Notes under the pieces: generated by a model
What the model saw: the letters and a program-made list of their open reading frames with translations, nothing else
The model's database searches: none
What the model was told of the DNA's origin: nothing
Program-made: the position numbers and the translations under genes
In this document: one piece after another, positions 25,835-38,900 of the stretch
Layout: every line of letters starts with the position of its first letter
How positions within the stretch are numbered: the stretch's first letter is position 1
Assembly: GCA_051362555.1 (NCBI GenBank)
Contig: CM120640.1
Location: forward strand, 14,818,001 to 14,882,000
Reading direction: 5' to 3'
Length of the DNA: 64,000 nucleotides
Source: Lingula anatina
Taxonomy: Eukaryota; Animalia; Brachiopoda

Positions 25835-26488
25835 ATGGCGTCAGTAGTGATGGATTTTCTGATGATAGGCCTACTATGTGCCGTTCTCCAGTGCTCGGAT
25901 GCGTGTTCGGTAACGGGCAACGTCCGGACGTGGGACATGACGGAAGTTCTGTCCAGGGTGGACATCGTTGTCTACGGGGAAGACGTCCGACATTACGATC
26001 TGAATGAGACGGCGCAAAACGCCGACACCCCCCAGAAAACCAACGCACGATTTCGCGTCTTCTGTATCTACAAAAACTCAGAGCCTGGAGACTTTCCTGA
26101 AAATATTACAATTGATAGGATCAGCCCACGAAGCTCATGTTCCAGGACTGAAATATCGGAGGGTAAAAAATACATTATTGGTCTACAGAAAAATACGGAC
26201 GGGTCCTACATATTTCACGAATTAAACGTTATGAATTCTGTAGCTTTCGAAGCAAGCGATGCAAATTTTCAGAAGATCGTGGATTTGTGTGGACTGGTCA
26301 ATGTTACTCTTCCTACGGGGAGGGAACAAACATTAATGAGAATGTGTCCCACTGCAACTGCTAATGTTAAATGTAAGGAACCCTACATAACAAGCACGGC
26401 TGCCCCCGGACATCTGAATGTCGTGCTTGGAAACATTTTGTATCTAACTCTATCGTTCGTAGTGCCATGGTTATGTTCGGTGCGATAG
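25835..26488 (+). CDS. Intronless secreted/GPI-anchored protein with TIMP/NtA(agrin)/CCDC3-like OB-fold domain, 217 aa
   Basis: ATG at 25835 in good context (aagATGG). Signal peptide ends SDA|C; pattern DIVVYG..ARFRVFCIYK..ITI..SC..GKKYIIGL; S/T/P linker and hydrophobic C-terminus. TATA-like TATAAAG at ~25571. Fold assignment is inference. Confidence 0.7.
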   Translation: MASVVMDFLMIGLLCAVLQCSDACSVTGNVRTWDMTEVLSRVDIVVYGEDVRHYDLNETAQNADTPQKTNARFRVFCIYKNSEPGDFPENITIDRISPRSSCSRTEISEGKKYIIGLQKNTDGSYIFHELNVMNSVAFEASDANFQKIVDLCGLVNVTLPTGREQTLMRMCPTATANVKCKEPYITSTAAPGHLNVVLGNILYLTLSFVVPWLCSVR

Positions 26489-29005
26489 ATGACTGCGCCT
26501 TGCCCCACTGTTTGCCTTTGGGAACTACAAGGGACACTTAAGATACTGGCTTTCAGCTCTGAAAATGGTTCCAACACAAACTTTAACACAAAATGTAAGA
26601 ACTAAATAGAAGACGAAGCTAGTTTTCTAAGGATAAATGCGCTAAAATCCTGTATTTAGGCAGCATCACCGTCTTCACATGTACAGTAATACGGGATGAC
26701 CATTGAAACTTTTAAGACATATGCGCTCACTCCAGTGTGTAAAGCTTATTAGTTGATAATATTTTAGAGCTCGTTGGAGTCCCTTTTTGTCTTCAACTTA
26801 TTTGCCAAATTCTACGTATACGCTATAAACTCAGTTTAAAAAAGGAGGATCTCTTAAGTTTGAAGAAACTAGCATTTGGTTGTTGGCCTCGGGATAGAAA
26901 CGTGCGATTCTTTCTCACTTGGGCATATGATTAATGCTACGGAATGCAGTTTCTATAGGTAAAGGCCCGACTACATTCTATATTTTGTTATCAGTTCAAA
27001 GAGGCATTCACGCCAGTTTTAAGTCAGAAGTCTAAACGCATGAGGAATTAAGATCTCGAGCACTTGTTTTTAACTTATCTTTTCCCAACTTGTCCAAATT
27101 TAGGAAAAGAAGACAGTTTTTTTTTACTTAGATAAACTACATGTTTGTTGTATCTTTTTAGTTTTAAGGTGTGGTAGTGTAAATGGCACCCCACTTCCCA
27201 GCATATCTGCTTTCTGTTTGCAGTGCACAATTGCGTGTCTTCAAGAGTTTTTCAATGTATATTGTAATTAAGATATCAGATGAAACATGTGGGGTGTCTA
27301 CGCTAGTAATTACACTTCTTGAAATCTCATCAGAATGGTTGTGATACTTGCAATGAGAAGCATCCGAATTAGCCTAAAACTGAGGATTTCAGCACTGCAT
27401 ATCCTCATATGCATACGAGACTATAAAACGTGAGAAAATTTTCTCGAGGCGGGGTTAACTATTTAGTGATAAGTGTAAAATTGCACAGGGAATGTCGTAT
27501 TAAAAACAGTACTAAATCAAATGACACGCAAAACATGGTGAATTAATGCTACCGCACAAACGGTATTTCTATAGAACTTAAGACATAAATAGAAACTTTC
27601 CGTGTATGAATCATGTTAGCTTTTGTTCGTTGCCGCTCGGCATTTTTTAGTCTGCCATTATTTCTGACCTCGATCTTCCCCAAAGCCCGCTCAATCTCGC
27701 TAGATTTCACGATTGTCGTGAAATTTTTGACTATCTCGTATGATCCCATTAAAACGAAAGGGATGGGTACTATTTCGTTGGTTTCAGAATTGCAAGTTGT
27801 GGATAATTGAGTCAGGCTGGCCAAAAAGAACAATTTTGTGTTTTTTTCCATCAAAATGGTAAAAATACAGCAAATTGGCCTGAATTTTAACTCTAAAAAG
27901 GCAGCAAAGCTGTTTTATCTACAAAGCCGTGTATTTAATGTTTCATATATAAGATCATATATAGCTTGTGTCATTTACTTCATACTGTAAAATATCAAAC
28001 ATATATACTCATACAATCTGTTTAAGCATTACAGATTACTTAAACAATGTAGACTGTGTGTTAGCCCTTATCTCATTGCATTTCGTTATAGGATGTGACT
28101 ATTCGAGTTATTTGAGTTATTATTGTATACCAAAAGGAAAAAGATTAACATTGATATCGCTTAATTGTAACGTACTATATTGGCACTGGAGCATTATTGA
28201 AATCCCAAAAGAAGATTGTTTTTAGGTTGTGAGAGGCTGAAGCTCCTTTCAAATTTGTTCCGTTTTTTGTCATATTCATTTCATACTGCGTTCTTAATGT
28301 TCGCCCTTGAAAGAATCTGGCAACTTGCCGATTCATTAATTCATTTTCAAAATAAAATGTTCAGCACATTGAGGTTTAGAGAAGTTTTTCTTTGCTATGA
28401 AATTTGGCGTTTATGTTGATGTTCAGCATCTACTGTGGTGGATAAAGCAACTTTGATGTTTTAGTTGATATAACATATTAAGCATAAAAGAAAATAGCAT
28501 AAAAGAAAATATGCCCTATGTTGTTTTACCGGGCATCCAACGCCATACAGTTGAAACTCAACAAATGTTCTGGGTTATTTTTTAATTCTTTATTGGTGCT
28601 GAGGATTAACTATCAAATACAATGTATAATTTCTTACGAAGTTGATACTTAGTTTGGTACCATTTTGAAAAACTTGAACAGAGAGCATAAGTCACTACAG
28701 ACGCATTAAAATTCTCGACTGCAACTACTTTTGATCGAAAATACAATTCTCATTTAGAATACTCTACCTCTATAAAGGAGAAAAACAAAGATATTAAGAA
28801 AATTTAATACCTTAAACGTTAAAAGCATGTGTAAAATTAATCATTTAAAGACTGTTTGCCACAAAAAAGTTTCAAATGAGAAACCCATGCAAAAGTTAGA
28901 CCTGATTTCGAAAAAAGGGCAATTCGGTAACGAATAATTTTTCTGGTCGATCCAGATCCATCCGATGGAGGTCCAACAGCACCACCGTCCATTGGTCCGA
29001 TGAGT

Positions 29006-31679
29006 CTAGGCAGGGCATGAGTAGCGGATCTCGTAATCTCTGCACATTCTCCCACCTGGTTGATCAGCGTTTCTGCAGATCAAGCCTGCACTTGTGCAAC
29101 GCCTGAGCAAATTGTCGGGTGGATTTCCGGAAAACTGGGTAAAAACATTTGCGGTTCCCCTCTCACGGCATTCCGCCCCAAGGGGGTTCGCTCCACCAGG
29201 GCAGACTGCGCCCAGTTTCTGCAATGATAATTGGTTAATTTTTAAAAAGTTAAAAACTGTGTTTTCTTGAATGGTTCAGGTTGAATTTTAAAAAAGAACA
29301 GGCCTAAAATAATTTGGATGAATATATAATAATTGATACCCCACCTTGAAATGTACAGTGAATGGCATTATAGACTACATCGTAAGAACATAAACTTTTC
29401 TTTGTTTATTTATATAAATTGTATATATATTTTTCATTTCTCTCTTACCAGTTGGTCAGACAAAGGCTCCCAGTCTCCGGTACCGGATGCATTGTCACGG
29501 TCGAACCACCTGGTCCATACTGACGCTGAAAATTAAATACATTTACGTTAATAAAACTTTTAGATGAATAAGTGAAGAAATTAAAGTTTTTTTTTTTTTT
29601 TTTTTTTTTGTCCATTTGAATGAAATGATAAAAAAACAGACAGGGGGAAACAGTGAGGCACAAAAATGACTAAAAATTTCATTTTAACAGCTGTGGACCC
29701 TGTATAATTTTTAAGCATAAATAACTTTGTTTGTTTAGGACTTTGAAATTTGAAAAAATTAAAGATGAACCATACCCTGGCCATAAACAACATAAAAAAT
29801 AGGCTTTACACTGTATGACTTCGAACGTTGTGTGTGAGGTAATTTGCACCAAGCAAGAAATCATCACACTTTAAAATTAAACCAATTAATTTTTTGATTA
29901 AAATTTAAAAGAGTGATTTTACACTTTTAAAAGAGCAAACTTACATGGCTTGGGACACAGGTATCGAATCTCGTAGTCTCTACAACCAGAGCCAGATTGA
30001 TCAGAGTTTTTACAGACAAGACCGACGGTTGGTGTACATCTGTGGGCCAGCACGTTTGGTGGTGATCCGCTTGTCGTTGTAAAGATGGCGCCACTGCCTT
30101 TGACGCGGCACTGTGCTGCAATAGGGGAACTACGGGGGCATACGGGTCCTAGTTTCTGTAATAATTTTTTTTTCAAAGCGAAAGTGCCCCTGTGTAGACT
30201 CACTTTTTATTACAACAAACTAAGATAAAGAGTAAGACCTAAATGTGTGTTCACTTCAGTCAGTAATGTTTTGGAAGAAATTATAGCTTTACATTTACAT
30301 GATGAAACTGTTGAGATTCTCTAAGAAATAAATAAGCTATTTATTATAATCTCTTAATGAAGTTCAATATTTACATTTTGGTCAGATAAAGTTTCCCAGT
30401 CTCCGCTGCCGGATGGATTGTCTCTGTCAAACCACGCAGACCAACTCAAGGCTGGAATTCAAAAGAAATAACGATAAAATAATGGTCCATTTGCATGGAG
30501 CAATCTTTTTTCATTCATTGTATTTTAAAGAGAACATAAACATTTTCCAATAAATGACAGACTAACACTTTGCTCCGTTTGGCTAATATAAAAGAGTAAA
30601 TGGTACAATTTTACAACAATGTGTGGGTCAGAAGATAAAAAAGACTTATTTTGTTTTGCTCGTTGTCACTCACTTTCAATATATAGGTCCAATTGAAGGA
30701 AACAAAAAAGTAAAAAAAATAAATAAATATATTCGCGAATTCTATTTTTTCTAAATCTCTGGTGACAGAAGGTGATAAATCCAGCTTTTTAGGTTAATTA
30801 TGGAAAATCTTAAAATTCATGCCTTGATAGTATGGGGAAATTCGAGTTAAGTAACTAAGGTTTCAGCAGTTTTAGTAACAAAAGCTTAAAAAAAAAAAAC
30901 ATTTTTGGATTATATTTTCATGTCATCAATTCTAACAAAAATAAGAGTGCGTTATTTAAAGTGGCATTACGAGGAACATGCACGTTTATTTTACTGACGC
31001 ATTTTGTCTTCAACCGCAAGCATATTTTTCATACATCTGGTAACTAAGTTTTGAAAATTAGTTTCTAAGAGAATGCAGTTTTACTGTGCTTCGTGTAAAA
31101 CATTTATCTGTGTCCTGTCACCATATCGTCTAACTAATCATGGATGTTACTGAATTGCAGATATTATTTATGGCTAAAATTTTACAAAATCATCAAAAGA
31201 TTAAAATTATGACCTTTGCCAAAAGACATAACGAATTTTTTTATCAATTTTTAAAAACCCGGCGACACCGCGAAAGTAGACACAAGCTATTTATTGAGTT
31301 ATTTGAAATAAGTATTAATTTTTATTCAATTTTCGTCTGCATTTTAGACTTTATTTTAGAAAAAAATCATAGGAAATTCGATGACCGACGTTGGCCACAT
31401 CACAGCTTTTTTATTCTTCAAAAAAGAACCCGAAACAGAGGATCCGCAGTTCAATACTCTTAGTAAACGAAGATATATGATTTTGAAGTAATCATTAAAT
31501 CGAGTCTATTAAAATTCAAACAGCTGTTGAACTGAAGACATATTGACCAATAAAAAATCACTTTCGTGTAAATGTCCTCTACGAGAAAGTTTACCCAAAG
31601 AAACTGAAATATATACCAACTTACCCTGAATGTGAGCCAGAGCGCCAAAACAAACCAATGCAGCTAAAAACCACTTCAT
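29006..31679 (-). CDS. Secreted protein with two WxxW (Mucin2_WxxW/CysD, CILP-like) domains; exons 31625-31679, 30375-30451, 29945-30155, 29449-29525, 29006-29218; 210 aa
   Basis: Signal peptide MKWFLAALVCFGALAHIQ; WSAWFDRDNPSGSGDWE..GLVCKNSDQ..CRDYEIRYLC and WTRWFDRDNASGTGDWE..GLICRNADQ..CRDYEIRYSC. Splice phases are consistent. TATAAATA on minus at 31771-31778; AATAAA on minus at ~28589-28594. Confidence 0.9.
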
Positions 31680-32528
31680 ATTTGATAACAGCCGGTATTT
31701 GAGTACCTTCAAGGTCTGTTTTTCTTTTTACTTTGTCTTAGGCATATGCCTATGGCCACTTTTTGGTCCTTATTTATATTACTCGCGCTGTTGTACATTT
31801 CCTCCATGACCGGACAGCTCTGTTATTTGTTTTTCAGTACAAGGAAGTAAATACCACACCTTAGGGCAGACCAATCTATCAGTGGAATTAAAACTGTCGT
31901 ACCTGTTCTCTTCGACCCCCCCCCCCCCAAAAAAAAAAGACAAAGCAAGAAGAGACTGATTTTTTTCTCTTATCTTTCTGTTTCCCTTTCCCCAAGCAGG
32001 CATCATTGCTTAAGAAATGGAAGAACACTAATATATTAAAGGAATCTGAGGCAAAGATAAGAAGACAATAAACTAGCTCGACCACAAAACAAAGACGAAA
32101 AAGGGCAAAAATAGGCATTTTAATTAAATTTGGTCCAACATTATGGTAGTCGCTGTTTTTTTTTTTTTATCTTTATTTCATACTTCATTTACAAAAACAT
32201 GTCATAGGGGCTGTTTGATACATATGCAGTTATGTTATTTATTAACTTAAAGATCTCACGAGACTACAAGGTGGAGGTAGGTATAACACTGATTTTACAA
32301 CGCCGGTTAGTAAAGTATGCCTGTAATTTACTGTCATTCACTATCAGCATTCTTTGTTACCATTTACTGTTGAGTGACCTCATTTCTAGGGCTCTTACTG
32401 GTAATTTACAAAGCCAAGTTCAAATATTATTTGTCAAAAAGATTGTATATAATATTTTCATAAGTTTCTTGTTGTGAATTTATTTTCACCATATTTTGTG
32501 AAACGCATGTCGGAATATTCTCTGAAAT

Positions 32529-32917
32529 TAGCCTCACGTTATAATCATAAATATACATGCAAAATAAATTTGTGCATATTCTGCTGCAGACAAACAGTGC
32601 AGTAGAATAAATTCCAGAACAGTCTGCAGCAGTGAGTGTTTTCCCTTTATTTTTTTGCTTTATAAATCACTGGAACTCGGAATATCATTATTCGTTTCTA
32701 AACGAAACTATATATCCTCACGTTATAGCCTCACGTTATAATCATAAATATACATGCAAAATAAATTTGTGCATATTCTGCTGCAGACAAACAGTGCAGT
32801 AGAATAAATTCCAGAACAGTCTGCAGCAGTGAGTGTTTTCCCTTTATTTTTTTGCTTTATAAATCACTGGAACTCGGAATATCATTATTCGTTTCTAAAC
32901 GAAACTATATATCCTCA
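32529..32917 (+). repeat. Perfect direct tandem duplication, period 197 bp
   Basis: 32529-32720 is repeated at 32726-32917. Confidence 0.95.
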
Positions 32918-34974
32918 TTAATTGTATTTTGTGACGTGTTGTACATGGAGGCGATGCTTTTTTCTAGATTACAAGGAAAGATAAGGAAATTATGAATAGT
33001 GATGTCCGTGTAAAATAACAGGCCTTTAGCGTGCACAAACTCGCTTCTTTGGTGGGTCAGGAGTGAGATAACCTAAGCTGTTTGTTCTTTTCAACCCCCC
33101 CCCCCCCCCAAAAGACCAAACTCTTTAAATAAACAAATTATAGCAATTTGTTATTTCAAGATATCAAACCAAACTGCATTATATGAAATATTCGTATTGC
33201 ATTTGTAACGCTCGGTAAGTCCGTTGTTTAGTGGCGAAATTGACTAAGTAATGTATGATGTACGATACGTTAGCGTTATACTATAAACATTAACAATCTT
33301 TTTTTACCCAAAAAGGTTAAACTGTTATGTATTTTATTAAATTTTGCTGGTTATTTTAAAGGCATGTCATGGATATTTCGTATGGATATAACATTTATTT
33401 TTTTTTGTATTGGCGACCCTACAAAATGAGAGAAAATGGGTATTAACAACATTAAACTTTGTCAATGCAAATTGATGCCAGATAAAATTCTTTACACCAG
33501 GAAATATCTGTGAATAACAAGGCCTTCACAGGGGAGATAACTTTGAAGTAATCTCATTAGTCAAAGAGTTTGAAAGTTTCCTCTAAAACATAAATTAGTA
33601 AATTTTCAAGATAATTTATTTGAATAACAGTGACAATGAGCAGCCTCCACATAATTAACTCTTTTGACAAATGTTGAAAATCAAGACTTATAATAGTTTT
33701 GGGAAATACTGTAAAAGTATAAAAGGTATATTTTAAAGAAGGTGTTAAAAAATATACAGATCTTGAAAATAATCCATTTACAAGACCAACGACACTTGGA
33801 GACTGGACTGTCCAAGTTTGGGACTAAAAAAGATCCAGAAGCAAATATATTTTGGATGATTCTGAGGTGGTAGTAGAAGGAAAAAAGTAAATTTGATCGG
33901 ATTAATATGACAAATAATTTCATTCTGGTAATGTATTTTGACTTCAGGCATATTTTTTATAAATACAATTAACATTTGAAGAAAAGGGGTGGGGTTATAA
34001 AACTATTCTAATCAACCTGTGGATTAAATTTAAGAAATTTAAGAATAAATGCAACTGCAATATTGATTACTTTATTTGGCTTTCAAAAGCATTTGTGCAC
34101 TTATTAAATATCAGAATTCATATAATCATATAATTTTGTAAAAATACAGCATTATGATTGTAAAAATATAAAGTAACAGATCTAAAATGTTTGTACTCTA
34201 AGTATTTTTTCAGGAAAATGTAGCAAACAATGCATTTTATACTGCAAAACATGCAACAATATTGTGATCGGTCACTATTTTTTTCAGCTCATTAAGAATC
34301 CCAACAAGAGTTGGTCTATCTCTCTCTCTCATCACATCCAGAGTAATGTCTGGTCACATGTCAACAACTTTCTGCCATTCTCAAAAAATAAGTACTGGAA
34401 CTTGCAATAATAATCTTAAACTTCAGCCTTCAGTATAACATAACTATAGGAGGCTGACAAAAATCCAAGCATATGATATTTAATCTTTTATCTAAAATAC
34501 TTGGACGGATATTCAGATATTAATTTCTAGTATTAAGCTATTTCAAACAACCTGAGCATTTGGTGTAAATAATTTTTATGAGACGACTGATAATTCTGTA
34601 AAGATACTTAACTTAAAATAATGAATATGAGCCCTCCTTGAAGACTAAAATATTTTATTCGGTATCCTTCTGTTACTATCTCTGGTCCTCATCACCTTGA
34701 CAGCTGTGCCTTTGAAGAACTTTTTTCATTTTTTTTTTGTCTATTGTGTTAACAAAAATCTTCTCAGTTATTTTTTTTTGTAATACTGAGTAATATGCAA
34801 CTTAAATACCTCAAATTCAAGTCAACTTTGTTCCTTCTTTGGATAATATACTGGGAGTTTTTTCATAAAAAATTCAATGATTAAATAATGCATAAAAATC
34901 AGTGACATCACTTTCAAATGCACAAATCGATAAATACTAAAATAGTATAAATTTCCTTGCTGTATAAATATCAG

Positions 34975-35929
34975 TTAACTATTAAACTCCTTTACAGGTG
35001 TTCTCCTTTGTGTTAACCTCAGCAGTTCCTCTCTAATGGACTTAATCAGGGGTTGGGCAGATGAGCCTGGCTTAAGACTGCTACTTATCACATCTATCTC
35101 GTCCTGGCCATCCTCTATGGGACCCCCTATTGAGTTGCTTCGTCTGTAAGGAGGGGATGCATGAACACTTGTATTTGGCTGAATCCTACTTCCTCCCATG
35201 CTATGTGACAGTATTGGGTATTGGGAGTGCATACTTGAGGCTGGTGATATGTATGTGGAAGAGTTCAGAGTTTGGTTGTCAAATGAGAAAGGTTGTGCCC
35301 CTTTAGATGTTGTCCTTAGAGGATGAAAGGCCTCACCATTACTTTCATTATGTATCAAAGAATCATTATTTGAATCTGTTGCACTAGTCCGCTCCCTTCC
35401 CTGTGGAGGAGTTTGGACCCTTGGCCTTGTTGCCGAGGGTGCTAACTGTGCAGTTCCAAATGTTAGACTAGTGTAATCATCAGGTATCAAAGCTCTTCGG
35501 TTATTGTAAGGTTCCCAGGCTTTACTCGCTGGGTCACTGTAACCCCTGTCTGACCTTGACTGGTGACCTTGACCTACTGATGACTCAGGACTTAGTTGGT
35601 CTGTCTGTCCCAGCTTCAGACTGTGTATCGGGGATGTGTCAATGCCACCAGGAGGTATTGAAGCCTGAAACGATGTTGGTGTAAACTAGTTGACAGCAAC
35701 ATGGAATCTTTTGTCCCATGCGTCATGGGCATCATGGAAGTGCCAACCTGTGTTCTATAAAGATCTTTAATAATCTGTCTCTACATATATAAAAAAGATA
35801 ATGTAATAACTATCACCAAATATCAATCCTCTTCTAATAATTTCAGTTTCAATAAACTGATTTGAATACCCATCAACATTAAACAAAACAAAAATGTTAC
35901 TGGCAGGCCTGTAGTCAGCAACTTCAAAA

Positions 35930-35960
<31 letters not shown>

Positions 35961-38900
35961 CGTGTGTTATGTTTTTTTTTCAAATCAATAAACTGAATTT
36001 CGTTTAGTGGGTCTGTTCTTGAACAAAAAGAGTGGTTCCTCTGAGTGAGCCCCCCATCCCCAACTATGGCCCTGCTACATGTCCTTACTGGTTCCTTGGT
36101 GGGTGACACTCTGGCAGCTTCATCATCTACTGTGTATGGACTCCACATCACCCCAGCATAGGCCTTGCCCTGGGTGTGACTAGCTATGTACATCGGGGTG
36201 TGGACAGTCTCTGGTTTCAGTGACTCTATAATGACAAATGAAGGATGCCCAATTTTTAAAAAGCTAAAATTTAAATAGTTTAAATAGTGAAGTAGAATGT
36301 CAAAAAGTGATTCAAAGGTACATGTACAATTTACAAAATTCTGGTTTGAAACATTTTACATCTATAGTTTATAGTGCTTATAATTCTAAAGTGAAATGTT
36401 ACATATGATCATCATAAACTTTTGTAATATATCTCCTCTCTCTGGACAATCCCATCTCATGGAAAAAAATTGTTTTTAATTTATTTTGTACATGTAATCC
36501 ATTTTCCTAAAAGTGAACAAATCTCACCAGCATCACTGCTTTTGTATTCTTCTGTGTTCAGCCTTGGACTTAACTCAAATAATCTTTCTGGCTGCTCAGA
36601 GCTAGTATCATCTCTAAAAAAGAAGAAGAAATAAAATCCAAATCATTAACAAAGAGCTTCAAACAAAAGGCTGATCAACCCTAAAACAAAGAAAAAAAGC
36701 ATGTAAAATAAGATATATTTGCAGGAAAAAGCAATGCTCAAAAACACTGTCAAACTTGACATTAAAGGGAAAACAACCATTCATTTTGGCCAAAAAATTT
36801 TCCTGGGGTAAATAGCAATTTTTCCCGTAGTTACCAATGGTTAATGAATCCATTTCTACATTCAAAATTAGTCACTGTTTTTTTTTCTAAAAAGTTTGTT
36901 TTTTGTAATAATCTTTTAAGAGATTATTGCAGAGTATTGCCATCTATGGAGGTCACGTGGTCGGATGGCAAGCACAGATTTCAGATTAATTGCTATAACT
37001 GTGTTTTTTGTGGTAAAATAGAATATATTATATTTCTGTGTGTTGTTTACAATGTATTTATTGTGAAAAATAGATCTATTCCGAAGAGTTGTTATCTCTT
37101 TTAAAAATTCAGTCTACCACTGACTAAAAGATGAATAAAAGAATGAAAACTGCAACTACAAACTATCCATAATATAAAACAGGCCTGTAGCCAGGGAGGG
37201 TTGGGGGGGGGGGGGTCCCCTTTTGCCAGAAAAAGTCCCCTCTGTAAAATTTTATCTAGGTACACAAAGGTTTCTTGGTTAAAGGTCCACTCTTTCAAAA
37301 GAAGAACCCCCCTTTTGAAATTGCTGGCTATGGGCCTGCAAAAGCAAGTTCAATGCCTTACCTATCTGATTGTTTAGGAGTGGTCTGTGTAGACCTGACG
37401 GCCTGATTTCTGCCTCTCCTAAGGCTAGAACCAGGGATGTGTCTTCCGTTTGTAGCTGTGTGAGGAGCTACTTTGTTCCTGTATAGATGAAATAATTAAA
37501 ATGAACTCAAGTAATGCACACATTCTACTTAAGATGAAAGACACCTGAGCTGGCTTCAAGTACATATGTAATATAAGCAGTAAGAAATGAAAAAAGCGGA
37601 TAGTTATTTTGCGACACTTCTAGAAAATCTCTGATATCAAAAATCCATCACTGTAAAAACTCTAACAAATTTAAAACTACTTACAAAATGGACTTGGTGT
37701 TATTCTTAAAATAGGAGTCAATTCATTTACATCTGACTCTGTGTATATCCACAGAAACTGAACATTTTCCCAACAAATCAAAACACTTTAAGCAGGAGAA
37801 AGAAATGTACTTTAATTATCAATCACAATTTATCATGCACAAACAACCTCCACCAAAATTTAAAAAAAAAAAAAATGAACCAATGAATAAATAAATAAAT
37901 AAATAAATGAAAGAACTTAAATATATCCATACCCATGCTTTGGTGAAATGAGTGCAAAAGCATCATCAAGCAATCGGTGTATCTTTTTACGGGTGTCGTC
38001 CAGAGATTCAGGCTGATCTAGCTCAGTTTCTGTCTCAGTGTACCCTGCATCGGACTAAAATGCCAAATGATTGCAATCAGCACATCAAATCATAAAATTC
38101 CATGGCACTGTACATGCTGTAGTGTACACTAACAACTGTGAATCATGTTGGAGAGTGAAACCTGGGTTCCTTCTTTGACAACCATGATATATCTTATACA
38201 GAAATATTGTCGATAAATGGAACATTTGTCCAACAGCCATGTTTCACATATGTATGAATCCACAGTTGGTTTGAAAGGAAAGGATGTAAATTGTGTTGGG
38301 CAAAAACATTCAAAAATCAAAATTAAATTCATAACCTGACTGCAATACAGAAGACTTCATTTCAACAGTAACAGTATACATCAACCCATCACATAACTAC
38401 AAGCAAAAAGTGCAGAAGATCAACTGGGAACAATGCCATCTTTCTCGGAGATGGAAAAACAAATAATCAATCAAACAAACAAAAAAGTTTCCCCATGATC
38501 AACTTCTGTGCATTTGACATCAGCAACATTTCTAACCTCCCAGCAGAAATAATAAGATCGAACACCTCATCTAGTACTCTGTGGACTCGTAGGTATAGAC
38601 TCTGAAATCGGTGATGCTCTTCTAATTCACTGTCTCTGGGGTACTAGCAATTTCAATTAATAAACTTGTGATAGAAATAACATCACTGAGACATAAAAGG
38701 GTAAATCTGCTTCAATATCATACTAACTTGATACAACAATAATCTTTTACATAATGCATCTACTGAGTATGTTTTTTACGTTAATAGTATGTCACTGAAC
38801 TGATTTTGGCAGATATTTAAAGAAGATGGCAAATGTTAAAGATAAATGAAAGATGGCATTTTAATGCCAAACTTTGTCCCTTGTAACCGAGAATATTCTA

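Noticed and set aside
27430-27930. CpG-rich segment with a 101-aa ORF
   Set aside because: No domain or termini recognised; probably an old repeat fragment, not supportable as a feature.
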